The notes below the pieces were generated by a model. That model was not told the DNA's origin. It ran no database searches and saw only the letters and a program-made list of their open reading frames with translations. A stretch of DNA of 12,736 nt from a candidate division WOR-3 bacterium. GTDB lineage: Bacteria > Hydrothermota > Hydrothermia > B15-G9 > WFZT01. Position 1 is the stretch's first letter. Each line of letters starts with the position of its first letter. The translations under genes and the position numbers were made by a program. The stretch covers positions 1-12,736 of the forward strand of contig JALUEE010000064.1 in NCBI GenBank assembly GCA_027053075.1, given 5' to 3'. Below are positions 1 through 5,839 of this stretch, in pieces.

Positions 1-1016
1 ACGGTTTCCACACTTGGTGGATTAAGAATGAATAGAGTGCCCGCTTCGGAACTTTTCAACATGGAGATACCTTCCTCAATTTCCCTGAAATACCTGACCT
101 CACGGCTGCCCCTCAAAAAATTAATCTCCAGATACTCTGGTCCTGTCAGCTCCTCATCGTATAAAAGTCCAAAGATTCCGTCTTCGGTGATAATCCCGAT
201 CGAACGTTTATTGTCCTCTATGAACTTTTTAAGCTCATCAATAATGGCAAATTTCTTTGCATTTCGGGGGATGGGAACTTTCCAGCTTACTGCCCGGTGT
301 GTTGCGAGAATCACCACTCCCGGGTCATAGATAGAGGTCACAGTTACCATCCTATAGGTATACGGCCCTTCGTGCCCATGTTTTTTTCTCATTTCATCCC
401 GATAGAGCAGGGCAGTTTTAAACCTGTGATGACCATCGGCAATTACAAATTTACTATTTCTGAAGCATTCTTCAATGTCCTGTCTCCTCACATACCAGAC
501 AGAATGAACCTCACCATCGAGTGTGTATATCTCCGGCTCACCCTCGATAAAACTCTTAAAGTCCCGGCAACTATCGGTAAGAAGGAACACCTGGCCAAAA
601 TTAACCTGTGTGGCTCTCAGGAGGTTTAATCTATCTTCAACCACCTTCGGGAACGTCCTTTCGTGGGGGAAAACGTATGATTCCCCATCTTCTGGCAGTC
701 TCAGAATGCCGATCACGTGGGTGCGTTTGTACTTCCTGCCTCCCACCTCAAACTCAACCTGGTAAATGTAGTATCCGGGCTCATGGTCAATTTTCAGCAC
801 TCCCTGCTGTATAAATTCTTCATACGTGAGTTTAGCTAATTGGTAATCTCTTCTCTCGAATCCACCGGGCAGAATAATGCGCGCAATATTGTATGGATTT
901 CTGATGTATTTCTCGTACTGTTCAGGGGTTATCTTGTCATAGGGCAGGGAAATTGGGGGAATTCCGTTTTGTGTGGTATTTTTCTTGAATCTTATTCCTT
1001 TAAAAGGCTTAAGCAT
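1..1016 (-). CDS. DUF1015 family protein (ParB/Srx-like DGHHR motif), 3'-truncated by the window edge
   Basis: Manual translation of the minus strand from ATG at 1016 is open to position 1 (>338 aa): MLKPFKGIRF...SLPYDKI...NPYNIARIILP...YYIYQVEF...VFPHERTFPKVVEDRLNLLRATQVNFGQVFLL...FVIADGHHRFKTAL...DPGVVILATHRAV...FILNPPSVET. The PFxG, PYD, PHExT, IADGHHR and THR motifs are typical of DUF1015. It is probably absent from the ORF track because it has no stop in the window. Confidence 0.88.
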   Translation of the reverse strand, partial: MLKPFKGIRFKKNTTQNGIPPISLPYDKITPEQYEKYIRNPYNIARIILPGGFERRDYQLAKLTYEEFIQQGVLKIDHEPGYYIYQVEFEVGGRKYKRTHVIGILRLPEDGESYVFPHERTFPKVVEDRLNLLRATQVNFGQVFLLTDSCRDFKSFIEGEPEIYTLDGEVHSVWYVRRQDIEECFRNSKFVIADGHHRFKTALLYRDEMRKKHGHEGPYTYRMVTVTSIYDPGVVILATHRAVSWKVPIPRNAKKFAIIDELKKFIEDNKRSIGIITEDGIFGLLYDEELTGPEYLEINFLRGSREVRYFREIEEGISMLKSSEAGTLFILNPPSVET

Positions 1017-1026
1017 GATAAGAAAG

Positions 1027-1099
1027 TGGAGCCGGGGGGATTTGAACCCCCGACCTCAGGAGTGCGATTCCTGCGCTCTCCCAACTGAGCTACGGCCCC
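1027..1099 (-). tRNA. tRNA-Ala(CGC), CCA not encoded
   Basis: Reverse complement is GGGGCCGTAGCTCAGTTGGGAGAGCGCAGGAATCGCACTCCTGAGGTCGGGGGTTCAAATCCCCCCGGCTCCA. It has a 7-bp acceptor stem with the G3:U70 Ala identity pair, anticodon stem CAGGA/TCCTG with loop AT-CGC-AC, T-loop TTCAAAT, and discriminator A73 followed by CTT. Confidence 0.96.
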
Positions 1100-1196
<97 letters not shown>

Positions 1197-1207
1197 AGCG
1201 GACTTGA

Positions 1208-1236
1208 ATTATACTTTGCCCCTCCAAAAATTTCAA
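1208..1236 (-). promoter_or_regulatory. sigma70-type promoter of the tRNA-Ser/tRNA-Ala/DUF1015 unit
   Basis: Minus strand TTGAAA (1236-1231), 17-nt spacer, TATAAT (1213-1208), ending 11 nt upstream of the tRNA-Ser 5' end, with AT-rich sequence upstream. Confidence 0.85.
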
Positions 1237-1290
1237 TTTTACTCGAGCTTATTCGTAAAATTTCAAGACCTTTAATTTTTAATGAAAATT

Positions 1291-1349
1291 TGCCTCTACT
1301 TCTTATTCCTTTCCCACGCACAAAGTGCGTGGGAAAGGATAGGGGGAAT
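1291..1349. repeat. Extragenic palindrome, copy A
   Basis: Perfect 15-bp stem TCCTTTCCCACGCAC (1307-1321), loop AAA, GTGCGTGGGAAAGGA (1325-1339), with a pyrimidine-rich 5' tail and TAGGGGG 3' flank. It resembles 8323-8368. No U-tract on either side. Confidence 0.75.
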
Positions 1350-1421
1350 TACCAAACAAACCCAATTCAAATCAAATTTTCCCCAGTATTACCCCCATTT
1401 TCCCGACAAAATAACGGTTTT

Positions 1422-2681
1422 TTAGTGTGTTCCTTCTTCCCAGCTTGTTAGATAGTACTTTTGCTCCTCGGTAAGTTTATCAATCTCAATTTCCATGGAA
1501 TGGAGCTTCAGGCTTGCAATCTCTCTGTCAATCTCATCGGGTAAGGTATAAACCTTTTTCTCGAGCCTGTTCCGGTTTTCCTTTATATACTTCACTGCGC
1601 GCGCCTGATTGGAGAATGACATGTCCATGACCGTTGGGGGATGCCCCTCTGCAGAGGCGAGATTTACCAGCCTGCCCTCTGCCAGCAGATAAATCCTCTT
1701 TCCATCTGGTAAAGTGTACTTTTTCACATTGGGCCTTACATCCTCAATCGAAACGGCCATCTTTCTCAAGCCAGCGACATTGATTTCGACATCAAAGTGG
1801 CCGGAATTTGCAAGAATTGCCCCATCTTTCATCTTCTCAATGTGAGATAGGTCAATGACATTCTTATCCCCTGTTACTGTCACAAAGAAATCACCAATCT
1901 CTGCCGCTTTTTCCATAGGCATGACCTCAAAGCCATCCATGACTGCCTCAAGTGCTCTCACTGGATCAACCTCTGTGACAACTACCCTCGCCCCCATCCC
2001 TTTCGCGCGCATTGCAAGGCCTCTCCCGCACCATCCATAGCCGGCCACCACAAAAATTGAGCCAGCGATCAGTAAATTGGTGGCCCTCAATATGCCATCT
2101 ATGGTTGATTGACCTGTTCCATACCTATTGTCAAATAGGTACTTTGTCTTTGAGTCATTTACTGCAATTATTGGGTACTGGAGAACACCGTCCTTTTCCA
2201 TTGCACGGAATCTGATAACACCTGTGGTCGTCTCTTCCGTCCCACCCCAGACTTTTCGTGCAAGCTCCGGAAGTTTGCTATGTAGATATGCTGTGAGGTC
2301 ACCCCCATCGTCCAGGGTGACAACGGGTTCAATCTCAAGGACGTTTTTGATATTTTCGTAATATTCATCGGCCGAATCACCGTGCACGGCAAAGACTTCG
2401 ATGCCATAATCTTTGACAAGTGACGCAGCAACATCATCTTTTGTGCTCAGGGGATTTGAAGCCGAGAGCCTCACATGGGCACCAGCCGCTTTGAGCGTAA
2501 TCATCAGTGCAGCCGTCTCTGGTGTCACATGAAGACAGGCCCCGATATTCATGCCTTCAAAGGGCTTTTCCTTCTCGTATTCCTCTCTAATTTTTGCAAG
2601 AACAGGCATGTGGTCCATTGCCCACTCGATCTTCTTTTTCCCAGATTCGTTTAAAGACAAATCTTTAACCCTGTATTTCAT
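1422..2681 (-). CDS. ahcY: Adenosylhomocysteinase (SAH hydrolase), 419 aa
   Basis: Motifs [53 protein letters not shown] (NAD-binding), [15 protein letters not shown] and [11 protein letters not shown]. Start reassigned from TTG 2726 to ATG 2681 (MKYRVKD), which has GGAGGT 5 nt upstream (2692-2687). Confidence 0.97.
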   Translation of the reverse strand: MKYRVKDLSLNESGKKKIEWAMDHMPVLAKIREEYEKEKPFEGMNIGACLHVTPETAALMITLKAAGAHVRLSASNPLSTKDDVAASLVKDYGIEVFAVHGDSADEYYENIKNVLEIEPVVTLDDGGDLTAYLHSKLPELARKVWGGTEETTTGVIRFRAMEKDGVLQYPIIAVNDSKTKYLFDNRYGTGQSTIDGILRATNLLIAGSIFVVAGYGWCGRGLAMRAKGMGARVVVTEVDPVRALEAVMDGFEVMPMEKAAEIGDFFVTVTGDKNVIDLSHIEKMKDGAILANSGHFDVEINVAGLRKMAVSIEDVRPNVKKYTLPDGKRIYLLAEGRLVNLASAEGHPPTVMDMSFSNQARAVKYIKENRNRLEKKVYTLPDEIDREIASLKLHSMEIEIDKLTEEQKYYLTSWEEGTH

Positions 2682-2703
2682 TCGTGACCTCCATTTTTTG
2701 CAA

Positions 2704-2733
2704 ATTATAAAGCAGTTTGACAGCACGCGTCAT
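2704..2733 (-). promoter_or_regulatory. Putative ahcY promoter
   Basis: Minus strand perfect TATAAT (2709-2704) with a partial -35 ATGACG (2733-2728) at 18-nt spacing, just upstream of the ahcY SD. Confidence 0.6.
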
Positions 2734-2745
2734 GAATAATATAAG
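2717..2745 (+). promoter_or_regulatory. Putative prpD-prpB promoter
   Basis: TTGACA (2717-2722), 17-nt spacer, TATAAG (2740-2745). Predicted +1 at about 2752-2753. Confidence 0.7.
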
Positions 2746-2752
2746 TAATGCT

Positions 2753-4099
2753 ATGGACGAGTATCTTCTCATAATAGCCCAGTACTCGCTCCACCCCTTC
2801 AAGCTCAGTGAAAATGCCAAAACTGAAGTAAAGAAAAGGATTATTGACACCTTTGGGGTTGCTATCGCTGCTCTCCCCCAGCTAAAACCCTACTTTCAGA
2901 AATTCCCCTTCGCTCAGGCCTCCAAAGGCTCAAGCATTCTGGGTGCCGATGTAAAGGTTTCGCCAGACCATGCAGCTTTCTTCAATGGTTTTTTGGCAAG
3001 GTACCTCGATTTTAACGACACTTATCTTTCAAGAGAGCCCCAGCATCCTTCAGACGTGATCATGCCTCTTCTTGCACTGGCAGAATTTAATGGAAATTCA
3101 GGTGCTGAGCTTATTGAAGCCATCGCAGTCGCCTACGAAATAGACACGGCGCTTTGTGACTGGGCAAGCCTCAAAGCCAATGGATGGGACCATGTTAACT
3201 ACATCGGAATTGCCACCGCCGCAGCCGCTTCAAGACTACTTAAACTTACGCTCGAGCAAACCATGAACGCAATTTCCATAACCGTGACGTCCAACATATC
3301 GACGCGACAAACGAGAACTGGCGAAATTTCCATGTGGAAAGGAGCAGCCGCAGCAAATTCTGCCAGAAATGCTATCTTTTCAACACTAATAGCATCGACT
3401 GGTATCACAGGACCTCGCGAACCTTTCACAGGTCCTTTTGGATTCATAAATCAGTTGCTACATCGCGAGAAACTGAATGAAAGAGCATTTGATAGGTTGA
3501 AAAGTTTTCCGTCCCCTGAGCGCATTCTGGACACACATATAAAAGTCTACCCTGTTGAGTACATGGCTCAGGGAGCTATCGAGGCTGTGCTCTCTTTGGA
3601 CGTATCACCAGCCCAAATAAAGAGAGTGCTTGTGGAAACATTCGAAATGGCGTATAGTATCCTTGCAAAGGATAGCGAAAGATGGAAACCTGAAACTCGA
3701 GAAACTGCCGACCATTCACTTCCCTACCTTGTTGCTCGTGCTCTCTTTGATAAAACGATAAATGAGGGCTCGTTTACTGCAACCAAGATAAAAGACCCGG
3801 GATTGAGAAAATTTATAGAGGAGAAAGTAGAGGTACAGGTGAATAAAAAGTACTCTGAAATGTATCCAGAGTTTCTGCCGACAAAAGTCAGGCTTGAGCT
3901 CGAGGACGGCAAGGTAACAGAGCGAGAGGTACTCGTACCCCGTGGGCATGCGAAAAATCCTCTCAACACTGAAGAAGTCCTTGAAAAATTCAGGAAAATT
4001 GCCGGTGATAAACATGAGTTTCTCGACCTTGCTTTCCATCTTGAAGAAGTAAAAAATCTGGATTTGATTTTCAAATCTTTAAAACCTGGAGGTTTATGA
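2753..4099 (+). CDS. prpD: MmgE/PrpD family protein, probable 2-methylcitrate dehydratase, 448 aa
   Basis: Motifs AAFFNG..RYLDFNDT..HPSD, AYEI, GWDH, RxGxxSMWKG, ADHSLPY and PRGHxxNPL, adjacent to prpB. Start reassigned to ATG 2753 (MDEYLL) because the track's TTG 2717 is the -35 box. Confidence 0.88.
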   Translation: MDEYLLIIAQYSLHPFKLSENAKTEVKKRIIDTFGVAIAALPQLKPYFQKFPFAQASKGSSILGADVKVSPDHAAFFNGFLARYLDFNDTYLSREPQHPSDVIMPLLALAEFNGNSGAELIEAIAVAYEIDTALCDWASLKANGWDHVNYIGIATAAAASRLLKLTLEQTMNAISITVTSNISTRQTRTGEISMWKGAAAANSARNAIFSTLIASTGITGPREPFTGPFGFINQLLHREKLNERAFDRLKSFPSPERILDTHIKVYPVEYMAQGAIEAVLSLDVSPAQIKRVLVETFEMAYSILAKDSERWKPETRETADHSLPYLVARALFDKTINEGSFTATKIKDPGLRKFIEEKVEVQVNKKYSEMYPEFLPTKVRLELEDGKVTEREVLVPRGHAKNPLNTEEVLEKFRKIAGDKHEFLDLAFHLEEVKNLDLIFKSLKPGGL

Positions 4100-4998
4100 T
4101 GAAAATTTTTGAGGTAAGAGACCTCGATGCAGGAGTTAGATTGAAGGAAGCCCTCTCAAGGGGAGAAACAATCGTGGCTCCTGGAGTATTCAACCCAATA
4201 TCCGCAATGCTCGCCAAAAAACATGGATTTAAAGCTATTTATCTTTCCGGTGCGGCATTAACTGCCAGCTATGGCCTGCCTGACCTGGGACTTATCACCC
4301 TTGATGAAATCCTCTACATGGTGCGAAAAATCTATTCGATAGTGAATTTGCCCATAATTGTGGACGCAGATGTAGGCTTCGGTGGGGTCCTGAATGTTGC
4401 AAGAACCACGAAAGAACTCGAAGAGGCTGGAGCCGCTGCAATGCAGATCGAAGACCAGGAAATGCCCAAAAAATGCGGACATTTGAGTTCGAAAAAGCTG
4501 ATACCGGCAGAGGAAATGGTTTACAAAATCCGGGCAGCAAGGGAAGTTAGAAAGAACTTGCTCATCATAGCTCGAACAGACGCAAGGGCGGTTGAGGGGC
4601 TCAGGAAAGCCATTGAACGTGCGCAGATGTATGCAGAAGCTGGAGCAGACATAATTTTTCCTGAAGCACTGATTAGCAATGAGGAATTTGAGCTTTTCAG
4701 GCGGGAAATTCATATTCCACTCCTCGCAAACATGACTGAGTTCGGTCGCACACCTTACACCACTGTGAAAGAATTCTCTGAAATGGGCTACAACATAGTG
4801 ATTTTCCCCGTTACAGCGTTGAGAATGGCCCTAACTGCAATCGAGGATACATATAGAGAGCTCTCAAAGAAAGGCACCCAAAGAGATCTCTTACCCCAGA
4901 TGATGACGAGAGAAGAACTCTACCGTCTTATCAACTACTACGATTACGAGGAATTTGATAAGGAATTGAGCGGGAAAAAGGATGATTGGATTAGATAA
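4099..4998 (+). CDS. prpB: 2-methylisocitrate lyase
   Basis: ICL/PEP-mutase family motifs YLSGA, GLPDLG, VDADxGFG, IEDQxxPKKCGH (PrpB-type catalytic loop), ARTDA, IFPEAL and LANMTEFG. SD GGAGGT at 4088-4093 favours ATG 4099 (TGATG overlap with the prpD stop); ATG 4096 is the alternative. Confidence 0.93.
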   Translation: MKIFEVRDLDAGVRLKEALSRGETIVAPGVFNPISAMLAKKHGFKAIYLSGAALTASYGLPDLGLITLDEILYMVRKIYSIVNLPIIVDADVGFGGVLNVARTTKELEEAGAAAMQIEDQEMPKKCGHLSSKKLIPAEEMVYKIRAAREVRKNLLIIARTDARAVEGLRKAIERAQMYAEAGADIIFPEALISNEEFELFRREIHIPLLANMTEFGRTPYTTVKEFSEMGYNIVIFPVTALRMALTAIEDTYRELSKKGTQRDLLPQMMTREELYRLINYYDYEEFDKELSGKKDDWIR

Positions 4999-5839
4999 GC
5001 GTGTTCAGGGCAAATACCGGTGTGCCAACTGGCTTGCCGAGCCTTCTTGACACGACTCCACACTTGATTTGAAGGAGCAGGAAAACTTCCCTCGATGCAT
5101 CATCAAGGGTCTCAAAATTTGCGTGCCCCTTGGCAAGCACAATATCTGCTGAGTTGAAATGCTCCATAAACTCTTCGCTCACCTCTTTAAAGTCAACTCC
5201 GAGAGCATCGGAACCGGTTTCGATTACTTTGATTCCGCTGATATCCAATCCCACGAGGTCATAAGCGGTAACGTCATTTAAAACGGGCCCGCTTTTTACA
5301 GCGAGGAGCTTTTCTTCCACGTCGAGGTTCTTTAAAAAGTAAATATCAAACACCACCTCACCCGCGTTGTCTGCAATGAGGAGGAATTTTCTGGCATTCT
5401 GCAGTTTTTCTTTAAAAATGTCGTAGTGGTCAATGCCAAAGCCTATCTCAAAATTTCTTTTTAAGGTTTCAATGACGTCAAATTTATCCTGAGTTCCGAG
5501 GTCAATGATGTTCCCTGAGGCCATTAAAATAAGCCTGTATTTTAGAGGGTCTTCTGAAGTCTCTACCTGATCACGAACTTTGTCCAGGATATCCAGAGCA
5601 AGACTGTTGTGCTCTTTTTTAAACTCTCTATAGGGGTCTTTAACCGGAAAGTACTTGCTACCCGTTCGTATCGAACGGGTAGCAATGTACGCCGGTGAAT
5701 AATTTAAGTCCAGTCCTTTGATATATTCCCAGGATTCCTTGATGGCATCCAGGATAACTTCATCATCCATCCCCGCTGCCCTCATAAGACGTAACACCTG
5801 ATTGAGGGCACAGGGAAAACACTCAGGACCCGCTTTCAC
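4991..5839 (-). CDS. DUF89/ARMT1-like metal-dependent (damage-control) phosphatase
   Basis: N-terminal ECxPC, DPYxxxK, GNIID, DNAGEVVFD, KxGPxLND, KGxANFETL and C-terminal KC. The GTG start overlaps the upstream stop (GTGA). Confidence 0.88.
   Translation of the reverse strand: MKAGPECFPCALNQVLRLMRAAGMDDEVILDAIKESWEYIKGLDLNYSPAYIATRSIRTGSKYFPVKDPYREFKKEHNSLALDILDKVRDQVETSEDPLKYRLILMASGNIIDLGTQDKFDVIETLKRNFEIGFGIDHYDIFKEKLQNARKFLLIADNAGEVVFDIYFLKNLDVEEKLLAVKSGPVLNDVTAYDLVGLDISGIKVIETGSDALGVDFKEVSEEFMEHFNSADIVLAKGHANFETLDDASREVFLLLQIKCGVVSRRLGKPVGTPVFALNTLI

Noticed and set aside
1307..1339. Hairpin as a classic Rho-independent terminator of ahcY
   Set aside because: No U-tract follows on either strand, so it is reported as a repeat. 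A 3'-end role remains possible.
2682..2752. SAH/SAM riboswitch upstream of ahcY
   Set aside because: The region is only 71 nt and mostly promoter boxes; the predicted ahcY leader of about 15 nt is too short for an aptamer.
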